A stretch of DNA of 64,000 nt from Trichinella spiralis (GCF_000181795.1 NW_003526943.1:8783472-8847471), one strand, 5' to 3'. Shown: positions 39,685 to 53,876, counted from the first letter of the stretch. Numbers and translations are program-made. Notes: generated from the letters alone by a model not told the origin.

Positions 39685-40844
39685 GGGATGACCGGCAGCA
39701 GCACTAGCAGCAACAACAATAACAACAACAACAAACGGCAAAGTCAGCGTTTTGTGACTTTCAGATCAGAGTGCGTTGAATTGGCGCCGACGATGCGCAG
39801 CTTCAAATCTCAGTTTTGTCAGTTCATTGACCATTTTATTGAATAGATAACTGAAGGTACAACAATACGGGTCACGTCTTTGGTCGTTGAACTGAACTAA
39901 AATTTACCATTACACTGCTTTCAGTGCAACTTCGTGAACCCACCGGTGACGGTTTGCTACATCACACACAAAGTGAATAAGCAGAAAATTAAAAAAAAAC
40001 CACAATAAGACGGAGAAATATACCATCATAACCCCTCAAGAACAGGAAGCAGCACTGGGAGAAGAATTCAACCCTCCCACTTTTCTTTTTCAATTGTGGA
40101 ATATATATTAAAAAAATATATATCAATTGTTAAATTACACTTTTTATTGAATATTATAATACATTTTTATTGTTTTTTTTAAATAAGCTAATAACTAACA
40201 ATGGCACTTTTTTGAAAAAAGGCCTTTCATTTAAATTGCTAATTTGTTACTTGCTGCTGTTCGTTCAATTTTAAAATTTCATTTATAATCTTCAATAAAA
40301 TTATTTTAATATTTCAATTCGATGAAATGCAACTTATTTTGTTGTAAAAATTTAAAAAATTTTACCTGCCAAAATAAAGTAGTCCAAGGTTGTGTTATTT
40401 TAATTTCAATTGTAATATACAGTTGCTCATTTGAAAACAAGTAATTTTTCATTTTGCAAATGAACTTTTCACGTTTAAAAGACCAATTTAAACGACTAAT
40501 TATGCTTATCGTGTGTATTTATTTGTGATATTTCAAAAGTATTATTATTTCTGATAACAGGAAAAAAATTATTTGCAGTTATATTTTCAGGAACAATAAT
40601 AATTTCTTGATGTATTTGCATTTTACCATAAGCAAATAATTTAAATGCAAACTTCATTAGTTTAATGCTAAATTTATTAAAACTAAAATTAATATAAAGT
40701 GAAAGTTATGAACAACATCATTGAAATTTTTTAGATTAAGAAATGTTCATTTCCAAAAAGGCAATGCTAAACAAATTTGTATAAAGAAACAAACACAGCT
40801 TAGAAATTTATTGCAACTTTGAAAAGCTAAATCACACTACGATG

Positions 40845-41365
40845 TTAACCGAAACGTACAAATTCATTTTTTCGCTTTATCTTCTCCTCTAAAATAAATG
40901 CAATTAACTTTTGATAAAATTATCATATGCCAGTTTATACTTACCATCCAAGTTCATATTTCTACCAAATCTTACAAACAATGCTTTACCACCTAAAAAC
41001 AGATTTACTTTTATAATTAAAATTTTGAAAAAATCCAGTAAAATAATTAATTATTCGACTTTCAATTTCATCGTATGATTTATCAATTTATTACTGTTTA
41101 AACTTTTTTAATCATCAAAAAATTATATTGAATTAGTGAAACTGAATTTGTTAATTTCACCTTTATCTGTTGCTTTCTTAATAAATGATGGACTTCGTTG
41201 AATGACTGGACTGACATTTTGACAAAGTTCAGAATCCGAGCCATAAAGCATTACGCAAGCCTCATAAAGTGACGCAGCTTCTGTATTTTCCATATATTGA
41301 CCCAGTGAAAAATTGATCAGCAAAGCAATGCAAAGTTGGACAGCGAAATAGTTGTACATATGCAT
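40845..41365 (-). CDS. FMRFamide-like neuropeptide (FLP) precursor, 3 exons
   Basis: Exons 41365-41161, 40992-40945, 40888-40845, all with canonical GT..AG. Signal peptide, then ...KK-ATDKGGKALFVRF-G-R...KR-KNEFVRF-G*. Confidence 0.9.
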
Positions 41366-42149
41366 AGTGCAGATTTACTTGTTCAATTAAATCTAAATTC
41401 AGATATAATTATTTTAAAATAATATTACACATCAGTATATGAAATATTCTTTTTTATAAATTCAGCTTTAAAATATATGAGTGCAGGATACTGAACAGAC
41501 AAGTAGTTTTCACATTTCTCAAACATAACACTACAAATTATTGTAATTCTTCTTTATAAAATTTTCTCTAGTTATAAGTCCAAAAACATTTTCAGATTTC
41601 CAGTTAAAAGTGTAGAGTTTATAAATGTTATCAAATGTAAATATTAAAATAAGATCTCAGAGATAAAGCACTACTAAATAAAGAAATATATAATTAATGT
41701 TGAACTAGGCTTGATTTATAGTTAAAACTGCAATAATCTTTATTCTACACTTTATTTATTGCAATTCATTCTTTTAATTATTACTCAAAATTCGCTTACA
41801 AATGTTTTTTAGTACTTACAATTTATCACATATTTTATAAGTGTAATTATCCTCTACTATTTTTTTCATTAAATATCAAATTTACATGACAATATTCACT
41901 GAATGTTAAACAAGATAAATTACTAACCACTCTTACGTCATCCAAGTCAGAGAACTTTTCAGCTAATAAATAATCTACGAACGTTAATATTATATAACAG
42001 TTATTTGTAATTTGTAAGGAACGTGATGGGCTATCCGAACGCTTTGTAACTAATAATTTAAGCAATTACGTAAATGACAGTTTAAAGAAAAAATCGATTG
42101 TTATTATAAAAGGCCACTTTCTTCAGAAATCAAAGAAATATTATTCATC

Positions 42150-43000
42150 TTGTTATTATCATTATTCATTCAAATTATGTATATGTGTATCAAATCTAAG
42201 CCTGAGTTGTAAAGTCTGAAGAGGAAACTGAACCATTATTCAATATGGTGTCCAATATGTATTATTTATTCTTCACCGCTTGTTTTACCAAAGTTGAAGT
42301 GCCATTTTTGAGAGTAGCTAATGCAGCAGAAGATATATTGTTCCAAAATATATGGACGAAGAAAAAAGCACTACGAATATGCATTAGTAAAAATAATTAA
42401 GATGAGAAGGCAACGTTTGTCGGCAATAATGCTTTTCATATTACACGAAATATTAAATGACAACTGCGTCTGCTTACATAAATTCAAAACTAAATATCAT
42501 CACATTTTAAAGTTGAAAATTTTGTTCTTTTTTTGGCGTAGGCGTTGAAGAAATTATCCGCATCATAAAATTACAAACTACATATTACGCTTGGATAGCA
42601 TTAAAATTATCTTGAGCATTGATTCATCTATTGAACAATTAATTCAGCTATACAAAAGGAGAAATAAAGTAATCATGGTGTTAAATGTAATTTTATTTTT
42701 TAAATTAAGCAAAAAAATTAAAGTTGGTTCTTAAAGTGTACATCACCTTCCTGGAAATGTAAATTATGCACTGGCTGTAATAATCATTAAATTACGCCTA
42801 CACCTGCCGGTGAAATACTACTCTTGTAGACATTATCTGTTAATAATAACGTTGGCAAAGATTTTATTCCCTGACTTTCTGATCTAAAATCGAACTTCAC
42901 GGATACTCCTCCCCATGACGCTAAATTTAACGCTGAACTGACCCTGGGGTTTGCTTTAATTCAAAGCAGATTGTGCCTAATTAAACTTTGCTTAATAAGT
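42150..43000 (+). mobile_element. Possible highly degenerate Helitron-like remnant
   Basis: Gene-free stretch with broken frames. The fragments IYCSKIYGR and LHEILNDNCVCLHKFKT loosely recall Helitron N-terminal motifs (YCFRIHGQ; LQ.ML...NPYV..FKT). No termini found. Confidence 0.25.
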
Positions 43001-46000
43001 AAATTAGTAAAATTGCAAAATCAAAAGCCATACAATTCAATAAACGCTAATGTATACTCCTTTGTAAAATCACAAATTTCAAAGACGAATTATTACATTA
43101 TTCTAATTATTTACTTGGAACAAATATATTTACTTGAACGAGTGTTTTCTTTGAATATTTGAAGTAAATTGCTAAACTGAAAGAAACAAAAGCAAAAACC
43201 AGAGATGTTCTAAGGAAAGTGAAATCGAAATTCGTGAAAATCTTAAAAAGTGTTTCTAAAGATTCCAAAAATTCCTTCAATAAAATAAAATAAAATAATT
43301 TGCTTTAAAAACTAAAATAATGAAAGAGATTACATTTAAATTATTTAGCATTGCAAAATTACTTGATATTTTTCTGAAAAATATAAAATATTACACTAAA
43401 ATTGCATACTAAAGACTGCAAGATGTTGGTAAAAAATAGACTGATAAATGCAAAATATAAAATATTTTTTCTCAACAGATAAAGAAAATTCTTTTTGCAA
43501 ATTTACAAAAGAATGCTAAAAGAAAAAATACAATAATTTATTGATGAATTTCTTATGATGATAGATTTTATTAAAATGTTCTCATATTACAAGTTGATGT
43601 AAAATATCATACCGAAATATGAAGCAATGGAATTGGTTGAAGTGCTATGGAGAGAATAAGCAGCTGGAAAAAGAAAAGCAACTAAGAAGAAAGAGGAGAT
43701 GATTTTCGTGTCAACTTTTCGGTACGAAAAAAAGCGTGAACAAAATTCATCGGCTGCACTCATCCATAAAATATACTTCTTATAATTGAATAAAGAAAAC
43801 GATTAGCACGTTATAGAGTTTGAGTGATTGACAAGTGGGATACATCCGGGAGGGCCGCTTATTTAATTGTCGACATTTATTTCACTGGATCTTGTAGAAT
43901 GTCTCTCTTTGTCCTTTGCTTGAGCGGATGTATAAAAATTGAATTTACTACAGCCACATTAAGGAAATTCTAATAAGTTTTTTATTACTTTGAACACGGC
44001 TTAATTTTCGCATATTCAGCGTTATTACGCATTTTCAAACCATCTCACACAAAGCAGAAAAGTAGTAAAAATATTGTCTTCTGAAAAGTGATTACCGAAT
44101 TGAATAACGGGGGAGTATTTGGAACCAAAATATACGTCCCCTCCCGCGAAATGTTTTCAAATAAAATTTCTAAAATGAAAAATTTTATTATAACTACATA
44201 TCATCAATATTTCCTTTGACGCAGATTCTGCCTTTTGTCAATTTTTGAGAATTCTTCACTGACACCCTCCCTCATTGGAAATTGTCATCTTTTCTACAAG
44301 TAGTACGAAGAAAGAAAGAAAAGAAAACTATATGCATATATCTACTCAAAATAATGGAAAATATCTAAAATATGAAAAAGTATAATTTAACAAACTTCTC
44401 TCGAACAAAACTTGACGTTAAGGCTTTTCTAAATTCGAAAAAGATATTTTTGTCCTAAATGCATCAGCACTGAGAGAGATACAAAATTGCAAACTGATCA
44501 TTGAAATGTTGCATTTGCAAATAAGTGTTAAAGTGCTTAATAAATTATCAAAATACGACATCAAGGTTTTAAAGCTGTTACATTTACATTCTTCATCATT
44601 AAGCAAAAGTTTGCATTTAAGTGGAAAGCAGTTGAAAAGGATACATAACGTCAATTTTAGCTTAAATATGCTTCATCTTTATGTAATAAATGTAGATGCA
44701 AAAGAAAATTATATAAAAAACATTAACAACGTGATCAATAAAGGGGGGGGGGCATTCCGCTTAATGAAATCAACAGCTCAATATCATTTCAATTCTGATA
44801 TTTAATTATAAATATTATACTGACAAGATTTGTATAACAATACAAAACAAAGCGTTACTTTTTGCAAGCATTTAAAATAAAAATATATAATTAATACAGG
44901 CCATTATTTGAGACATGTTCTTAATGATTGATGAATTGAAAAATATGAAAAACGAAGTAAAATTCACACCATTTGATAATTGATAATGAAGTAAATTTTT
45001 AGTAGCTTTTAGACTACAAAAATAAAAAAATGATAAAATATTACAAAAGTTTTGAAATTTTACTTATGCGTGTAAATGTGATTATATTTGGCAAACATAT
45101 CAGACTTGAAAAGATGAATATGCATTTTAAAGAATTTTGAACGTTCTTTAAACAGTTTTGCAACAAATTTCAGTGCTTTTATTATGACTTCAAAGCATTA
45201 AAATTATTTTAGTATTACTTCCTAATGTACTTATGCATAATGTTGAAAATGTTTTATTGTAGTTACATTACATATATTTAATATTTATATGCAAGCTTAT
45301 TTATCATTGATTTCTTTAACTGTTTAAATAGCTATAAATTTCTGGAACATTTTTTTATAGAATTATTTTATTGATAAAAATACTTTTAAAAAATCCTACA
45401 AATCAGTTGTTGAAATGAATGTATTAATTTAGGCAAAAAAATTAATTCATGCTTTTCAAAGCGTGCTCATAATTTTACTTCTTATACTCCATAAGCGATA
45501 ATTTGCCGTATTTGATTTTTTTGTTTTTTTTTACTTCACTTACTGTAAAAAATATTTCATCATCTTAACATTGAAATATGCAGTCCATTAAGCAGATTTC
45601 ATTTGTTCAATTGTAACAATTTTGCAATGCATAATTCACCCAATATTGCAAAAGAAAAACTGTTGGTAAAAATCTACCAGTGAAAAGCATTAAAAAAGAT
45701 TAGAACTATTTATCATGCTTGTAGCAAATATTAAATTAAACACTGAGCAAAATGAACATCTCATCATTTTTTCTTGCCATCGCGAATAAAGAACATGTGT
45801 AAAAAATGCATTATAATGAAATATCAATTTTTTAAATTAAAGCTAATTAAATCAAACTGCTACAAAATATATTTTAAAAATAGTGAATGCATTTAACTAT
45901 TTTTTGACTAAAAAATTCACATCGAGGTGATGTCAATATTTCATGAAAATGATCTCATCTAATCTAATCTAACAATCTAATACGAAACACTTATACAAGT

Positions 46001-47409
46001 ACTGAGAAAGTACAAATTACAAGCATATTTTATGATAAAGAACGCATTTGATTTCGGAAAGTAGTAATGTTGCATATTATAATGCTTAAAATGTTAAATA
46101 AATAAAACAGTACTTTAAAAAATTCGTTTTTTTCATTATTTAATTGATCAAATAAAATTGGATAAACTGAACATACAGTACAGCACTATAGCAAACTTTC
46201 AGCACATTGAATTTCATTAATTACAACTACAAGAAATGAATGATTCATTAGACTTATTTTTTTTCAAATAATATAAATATAATTGTATCAAAACTGACAA
46301 AATGTTAAATTATGCTTTATATTGTTGAAATTCATAGTGAAAATAAAACAGTTACATTTACAAGTGTAACTTTACAGAATATTCAACTGTTTAATGTAAA
46401 ATTGCTCAATAATATTATATCTTTTTAAAAAATAGCTCAATGTTTATTTTTAAATAAAACTTTTTATAAAATGTCAAAACAAATAAAACATTGGAATGCA
46501 ATTCATAAAGTTTATTTGCATTTTATTAACATAAATTTTTTTAACATCAGCCATCATAATTACACTTGAATATAAAGCAATATGCAAATAAAATGAAATT
46601 TAAATGTAGAAAAAAAAGTAAAAATAAAAATTGCCTTACGTGAAATTATAAATATTTGAATGTATGTGAAGCTGATAAAGGTATACAAAATTGGATTTTT
46701 TCCTTCTATGATAGACAGATTTAAACTACAGTGCAATGACGACAGATGGTCGGTGTAGTAGTTGAACAGTATTGACTATTTTGAATGCACTAAGAGAGGC
46801 TATAATTTCTCAAATGAAGCAATTGCATTTCTTATCGTTTTTAAAGTAAATCACTTAGTTGACGTTTAAATAAAAGCCAGCCTCGTAAATGTACATCAGT
46901 AAATAGCTCCGTTACCGAAGCAACGCTTTCATTTATTCTGCTTCATTTTCCCATTCACATTCAGCAAAGCATTGGCATTTTGTAAAACTTAAGTGTTGCT
47001 ATGAATAAAACTGCCATGTATAATATATACACGACAATTTCCACTGTGTAGATTACATCTCTATTGTTTAAATTGCACATTAAAAACTTATCTTCATTGA
47101 CAATATATATATATATATATTTATACAATCATTATTAATATTGACTTATTTATTTAAAAAATTAAAATACTTTCAAAAAATATCCTTTCATGTTGATGCT
47201 ATGTTTAAAAAAAGAACATCGCAAGCAATGATGCACTGTACAACGATGGAAATAATACCTGATGACAAATTGGAAATTATTGCTTCTCATTTTGAGTGAA
47301 AATAATGAACAAAAAATACATTTAATAATATTTAAATTATTGCATATTTGTGCTTGAAAAAAATGAACAATAGAAATTTTACAACAAAAAAACAGATCGA
47401 TTCATGATT

Positions 47410-50216
47410 TCAATGTGTCCATTGGGCGTGCTGTGTTGAATCAGGCAATGAAGAAAGAAAAGGCACATCAACAACACTAAAAAAATAATTAAAAAAAAAC
47501 AAGATTCATTAGAATGCTTTCAAAAAATGAGCATTCAAATGATTTGCTTACTTTGCAATATAATCGCCACAGAATGGACAACTTTCCGATTCATAATTAA
47601 TATTTTCAATTACATTTTCGGCGCATACTGAGGATCCTTTGAAAATAAAACAAAAATCACACGTATATATATAGTAATTAAAACAAAATTACTCATATTT
47701 TTTCTGGACATACATGACCGCAAATAGTTAATCTAAATTCATATATTATAAATAATAATAATAATAGCTATTTTTTCAATATCACAAAACTTCTTTTTCA
47801 AAGCAAGTAGAATGAAATTCATGCAGACATGGGAAGATCAGCAGCTGATCTGACTGAGAAGATCTTGAGCCACATGAAGAACACATTGTGCTTGGTTTTA
47901 CAATGTTATAACTGAAGAACAAAAAAATTATTAATATTAATAGTAATAATAATAATAATAACTTTTATTGATAAAGTAATGAAAATTGATACAAAACAAA
48001 CCCTTTGCTTTGTACTTCCAACTGCTGTTTAATAGCAAGAGAAACTTCTTGAATTTCTTCTTGGGTTTTCTGAATATCATCAACTTTACGTGCAACTCTT
48101 GTAAGATAATTCAACAATTTGTCCTAGAAAATCATTCAAAATTTATAATTAACAAATTGCATAAGAAAACAACAATTTAAACTTTAGCATCTTCACTAAT
48201 GGTAGATTCTGGAAACTGAGATACAAGTTCCTGCAGGTTCGCCGCGGTGCCTTCTTCAGTATCGCTGAACAATGATGACGCAGAAGATGCAGTTTGAGAT
48301 TGCGGAATGTAACCGGATATTTCTTCAATAAGAGGTACACATATGTATATATATATCTATTCTACAGATATACATTAAAAAAAACAAAATAACTTACCTA
48401 ACTGTTGTCGAAAAAGAGTCAATCCTTGACCATCACGATCGAATAAAGTTGGTTCATTTTCAAAGGCAGGAAACAATTCCTGAAATAAAGTTATTAAAAG
48501 AAATTGATCAGCATTTGCACCGATTTCTCAATGTAACCATAAATAAATTTCAATTATCCCATTAACAATGACATTTGCAATTTTCTCCAATACATCCTTT
48601 CTCCCTCTCCCTCTCATTTATTCACTTCGAAAACAAATTAACATTTCAGCATTTCCATTTTCTCATTTAATATTAATATTTTAAATAACCTCATCAAATT
48701 GAACCAAAATTACCCAATCTCTGTTAGAACAGTTTTAAAACGAATATAGACTAGAAAAAAAACATCAATAATGTGTGCTGTATTGAAATGATGAAGTATA
48801 ATGAAATGAGTAATTCGTCTTTCTTTTTTACTTGACTTTTAGATTTATCGTAATAAATTTGCCACTCTTTCAAAGCGTCAACCATATGCGGACCGGCAAA
48901 GTCACCAACAAGCATCAACGCTTGGTCAATATCGAAGCAAGGATTGTGAAAAATCTAAGCACAAAATAAAAATCAACACAAAAAATATTAATTACCCAAA
49001 ATTATCTTAACCTCCAAAAAAGGCTTTAAATCAGCTTCACTTTTACCGGCAAAGCGAGCAAAGACGGAAAAAATATAATTTTGGACAAATTTATTTTTCA
49101 CCACCATGCGATTCTCTTTCGACGCCACGTAACCAATAATTCGCAATATCTTCATAATGCAAATAAAAGTTAAATCAAGTTATACTCGACAAATATTTAT
49201 GCTCTTTATTCTATTACATCTTTTTCATGTAGCTGGAGACGATACAACGGTGGCAGTAAGTCGACGGAACCCAACGAACCAAAAAGCAATTCCAATTTTG
49301 ATGAAGGCAAATAAGCAATGGAATCAATCAAATAAATAAAATATGACAAATATACATTCGGATTTTTCTACAATAATAAATATATTTTACTACTATTGTA
49401 TATATCATATTAGCAATAAATTTGAGATGCATGAAAATTTTAATTTACAAAAAAAAGCTTCATGTTTTATCAATCAAACTAACTAACTCTATGCACAACG
49501 TAACCGAAGTAATCTTACCGGTGCTGCGCTGATCATCGAGTCCAACGCTTCTTCGTAACGTTTATGCTGAATTTGCAAAGGAACTAATTCCACATAATCT
49601 ACACAATAATTAATAATAAATATATTATAAAATCAACATAAATAAAATCGACTGTATGTTTTAAAAAAACTATAAAATGTTGAACAACGCGTAGTTTTTG
49701 AAATTTTCAATTCCTAGATCAATTCGAGAAAATTACTTTTCAAAAGTTGTAAACAGCCCATCAAATTTTCCACTTCACCATAACTACTCATCATTTCAAT
49801 GAATATTTTTGGATGAGCTAGGATAACATCCTTAATATAACAATAAATGATCAATAAATTATTATCCAATAAATAATTTCATACTTTCACTTCATCCAAC
49901 GCACAAAGGGGTTGTCTTTCTACAGTTGAATTTGAATTCTCTTCGTCGCCAGAAATTCTATACCATGTGAAGGATAAGTTCAAACGACGCAATTCTGACA
50001 AGTGAATTTGCATCAACCAAGTAACTATTAAAGTTCTCCAAATTTCATCCTACGTAATATTTTATTTTGATAAATTTTTTAAACTGACAAAAAGCCGCTT
50101 AAACTACGCACTTTTCTGTTCAATTCTTTCAGTTTTTCCAACAAAAAAGATTTCAGTTCATTTGTCTTTTGATTATGAAGCAATTTTAACACCGTCACTT
50201 CAAAATTCGAAACCAT
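47410..50216 (-). CDS. VPS18: VPS18/Pep3 homolog (HOPS/CORVET subunit), solenoid plus C-terminal RING part
   Basis: Spliced segments FEVTVLKLL...LKSFLLEKL, TLIVTWLMQIHLSEL, SSYGEVENL, DYVELV...HKRYEEAL, QNYIFSVFAR, ERRKDVLEKIANVI, CSSCG...LIFPCLHEFHSTC, SCPFCGDY, VDVPF...W* follow the VPS18 motif order. Confidence 0.8.
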
Positions 50217-52792
50217 ACCTTAAACAGTACATAAATCATTCATTTACCCATGTTTAAACAAACATAAACTAGTAATAAAAATGAATAAATTATAAATGTA
50301 GCTTAGAAAATAATACTGATCACATTCAGAAATGGAAATTAACATGCACGTTACTGAAAAGTCTGCATTTTAAAGGCATATTTTGGGTAAGAACAAAAAT
50401 ATTTATGAGTGATACGTGCAAAATACGTTAACAACGCATCCTGTTTCTTCTCAACAAATATGTTTTAAATAACACATTATAAAACAAAATGAAGATAATT
50501 TGACTGTATAATAAATACTTCTTTAATCAAATAACTACACTAACATTACGTTAAACTTGTTAAAAACAACATCATGTTTCTTTTTTACTTTTATTTTTTT
50601 CAAACCAAAATCACAATTTTGAAAGATAAAATATAATAGAATATGCAAATTAAAAAAAGCATCTGCAATGTTTCAAGAAAAATTCAAGATATGTACAGTA
50701 ATAAATTAAAAGCAGGTACCATATACATATGGTAGTTAAAATTGCTAATACGGTTAACAGATAGATCAAAATTTCAATGTATTTATTGAATGAAAAAGCA
50801 AATATATTGTGAAAGTTTAATATCATTGTACATTTTTAAGTTGGCTGTTTTAATGTACAATGTTGTCAAACTTTGATTTTACTTTTTAGTTTCATTTTAG
50901 AAAAGAAATTATCATAACAGTTCGAAATAGACGAATTAGTTTGAACTTTTCATATTTTAAAACTGCAAAAAGCTTCAATCTCAAATTGTTTGTGAGTAGT
51001 TTTCACCTGTGCTTCATTTAGTTTTGGAAATAGCTCCATTTTGCGTGATATATGAATTTTTAAAGCAGTACTTTTTTACAGAATAATTTAAGTTCAGAAA
51101 TCATTTTAATATTTTTTAACATTCACTTTTCATAATAAGTGGTTTCGTGGTTATTATTTAATAAATGTAATATTAAATAAGCGTCTCTCATTCATGTTAC
51201 TCTTAAAGTGATTAGTTTGACTTGTACATTTGTATGATATTTTTGCAAAATCGTTAGTTTTTATGAAAGCCGATTAATTTACCTTGCACGCCAAAAGAGA
51301 ACTAAATCTAAAGATTGTATTGAATTTTTAAAATGAAAAGAAAATATTCTGAATATAAATAAATCGTGATTCATTTTTAATAATTGTAAAATGCAAAAAA
51401 TAGCAAATGTTCAATAATGACGAAGTGAAACATCCAGGCTAAATGATCAAGCCGGCTTTGGTGTACATTTACACCGTTGGGCAGGTGAAAAGAGACGATC
51501 GATTTCTGACTGACCGATATCATATTTCACAATGTGAAAAAAAATATATATAAAGCACAAAGCAGAACTGAAACAGGTGTTCCATAGAAACGACCATTAA
51601 GCTCATATAGCTGAAACAGATGCATGGGTTGTTGCTGATCCTGTTTTACATTTCAATTGAACAAATAGCCAGGTAAAATGAACTTTAATTGAAAGCAACG
51701 TATAAATCCATTTAAAATGCAAATTAGCTAGATAAATTATTAAACGAGTAAACACAATTTTTGCACGGTTGAATGAATGTTATTTTTGTTTCTGCATTAA
51801 CGCAGGCACATATTGTGCTTAGAGGATGGGATGTTGGAAAAAAAAGAATGAATGCCAACTTTTGCGTAATTCGTTAAGTCAGCGAATTATTAATAAAATG
51901 AAAGAGATGTTTTTCAAGTGGTGATTTGTCGCTCAGGTCAACTGATTAATCAATTGGATGAATGAATTGCTCATTAGCTTCTTTGAATGGTTGCCTACCG
52001 CGCAGCATCCATTTCAAGCTAGCCAAAGCTGACGCACCTGCTTCGCAACGACCACGCGGATTGATTTTTTTAAAATATCCCTATCAACTTGCAATAAAAT
52101 ATTCGATGCGGTGATTTATTTGCACACATTTGGTGGTATTTATTAATTTTCATAATTCATTTATTTGTCCATGTTCACGCGATGCTTTTATTTTTATTTT
52201 TGAAAACATTTACAAGAAATTGTCAATGGATCAGTTGGATAAAGAAGGAAAAATTAATTGTTCAACGTTGAAAAGGAGAAAAGTTAAATGATTTTTTCTG
52301 TCAAGCAATTTTTGCTGTTCAATTTAAACAAAAATCAATTCTGAACAATAAATGGGAAAAAAAGAGCAATTTGGTTTTTTGTTTCATAAATGATAACAAA
52401 TGCAGTGGATATTTTTTTGCAATCGAATTGAATATCTTAGGGGCAAATTTTTCTCGCCTTGATGCGTCGTATATGGGCATTGATTTTGTTGGCCGTCTGT
52501 TGGAGCAGGCCGGCAGTCCGTGGAGAGTTAGCTGTGGAAAGCGAAAGAAGCCGGCTAATCTAGCGCCATCGGCCCGGGATGATGATTGGATCAGCGAAAT
52601 TGAATCGATTGATTGAACAAAGCCTGAATGGCGGGCAGAGAGTAGTGGGCCAGAGTTGTCGCAGTGAAAAATACATGGAACCAAGGCCGCGTGTTGTTTC
52701 CACCAGACGTTGTGAACATGCGTGAACAACGGCTCCAGTCACTCTTGACCGCACGCTATTGATTCTACGAACAACTCACACCGCTACTAGCC

Positions 52793-52840
52793 ACAACATC
52801 AACAACAACAACAACAACAACAGCAGCAGCAGCGGCAGCA
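52793..52840. repeat. (CAA)n(CAG)n trinucleotide repeat upstream of the 52989 gene
   Basis: Directly visible; no long ORF covers it. Confidence 0.85.
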
Positions 52841-52988
52841 ATTGCTGCAGCCGAACTTGTTTGTATGTATGCATATATTATACGTGTATGCATGTATAAT
52901 TGTGCTGGATGTTTTATAAATTTGGACGAATTTTAAAAATATTATTTCAATAGTTTTAAATTTTAGATTAAATTATTTACAAGAGAAG

Positions 52989-53876
52989 ATGAATATGCGT
53001 TGTTTCGTTCAAAGTTGTCGTCTACTTTTGGCACTGCTGAGTTGCAGTGTTGTTGGTTCGGCAGCCGTGCCGTTGTCGCAACGTTCTTACGAAATTCGCC
53101 TGCTAAATTCCCACGGTCCGTGCGATTTCATCGGTCTGATCCGGTGCTTCGTCTCGGCATTGGACGACTGGGCCTGGTCGTTGTGGAACATCAAAGATAA
53201 TATCGCCATGGTGGGCGGGGAAGCTTGTCAAAATCACAGGTCGTTGGGAAATTGTGTTTTCTACGAAGGTTGTTCGAGGATGGAAATTCTCGAAGCTAGC
53301 AGTTTGGTGTCGGATTTGTTGGCCCATCAGAAAGGAGCCGGCTCATTTTTGAAAAGCTACTTCTTGGCAGATTTTTCCTGCAGCGAAGAGGGTCAGGTGA
53401 TTGTGAACAGTCATCGCAACTGCTTGTTGAAGCAGCATATTGGAGATCAAGCGATCGAAGCGTCGACATTTGTCGAACAACAACTGGAAAAAATGGCCCA
53501 AAATAATACCGAAGATACCTTCAAGCAGTGCGAATTGCTGAAAGAACGCGCCCAGCTGATGTACCGCATCGGTGAAGACGAATGCCCACCGGCTGGAGGC
53601 TTATTGATGTGCAGGTCGTTGATTGACAGTTTCATTTACATGTATCCGAACAAATTTGAATTCTGCGACGTCACTTGTGCCGTGCCTACGTCTACATCAC
53701 TGCCAAGCTATTTGGACGAACTGCCTTCTGTGGACAGGGGAAATGACGAAAGTGTCACTTTTATTCACGGAGAAGAGATGGAATTGAATCACAAACCGAA
53801 TCACGCTGCCACATTGCACATTACTCCCCTGCTTGGTGCCACTCTGTGTTTATTGTTCATAATTATTCAACTTTAA
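52989..53876 (+). CDS. Intronless secreted Cys-rich protein with a probable GPI-anchor signal (DUF19/CPG4-like nematode surface protein)
   Basis: 295-aa ORF; N-terminal signal LLLALLSCSVVGSA; many Cys with helical spacing; S/T/P linker; hydrophobic C-terminus LLGATLCLLFIIIQL* with no cytoplasmic tail. Family assignment is tentative. Confidence 0.8.
   Translation: MNMRCFVQSCRLLLALLSCSVVGSAAVPLSQRSYEIRLLNSHGPCDFIGLIRCFVSALDDWAWSLWNIKDNIAMVGGEACQNHRSLGNCVFYEGCSRMEILEASSLVSDLLAHQKGAGSFLKSYFLADFSCSEEGQVIVNSHRNCLLKQHIGDQAIEASTFVEQQLEKMAQNNTEDTFKQCELLKERAQLMYRIGEDECPPAGGLLMCRSLIDSFIYMYPNKFEFCDVTCAVPTSTSLPSYLDELPSVDRGNDESVTFIHGEEMELNHKPNHAATLHITPLLGATLCLLFIIIQL

Noticed and set aside
44109..44147. 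GC-rich imperfect hairpin as a Helitron 3' end
   Set aside because: Not followed by the CTRR terminus, and the pairing is imperfect.
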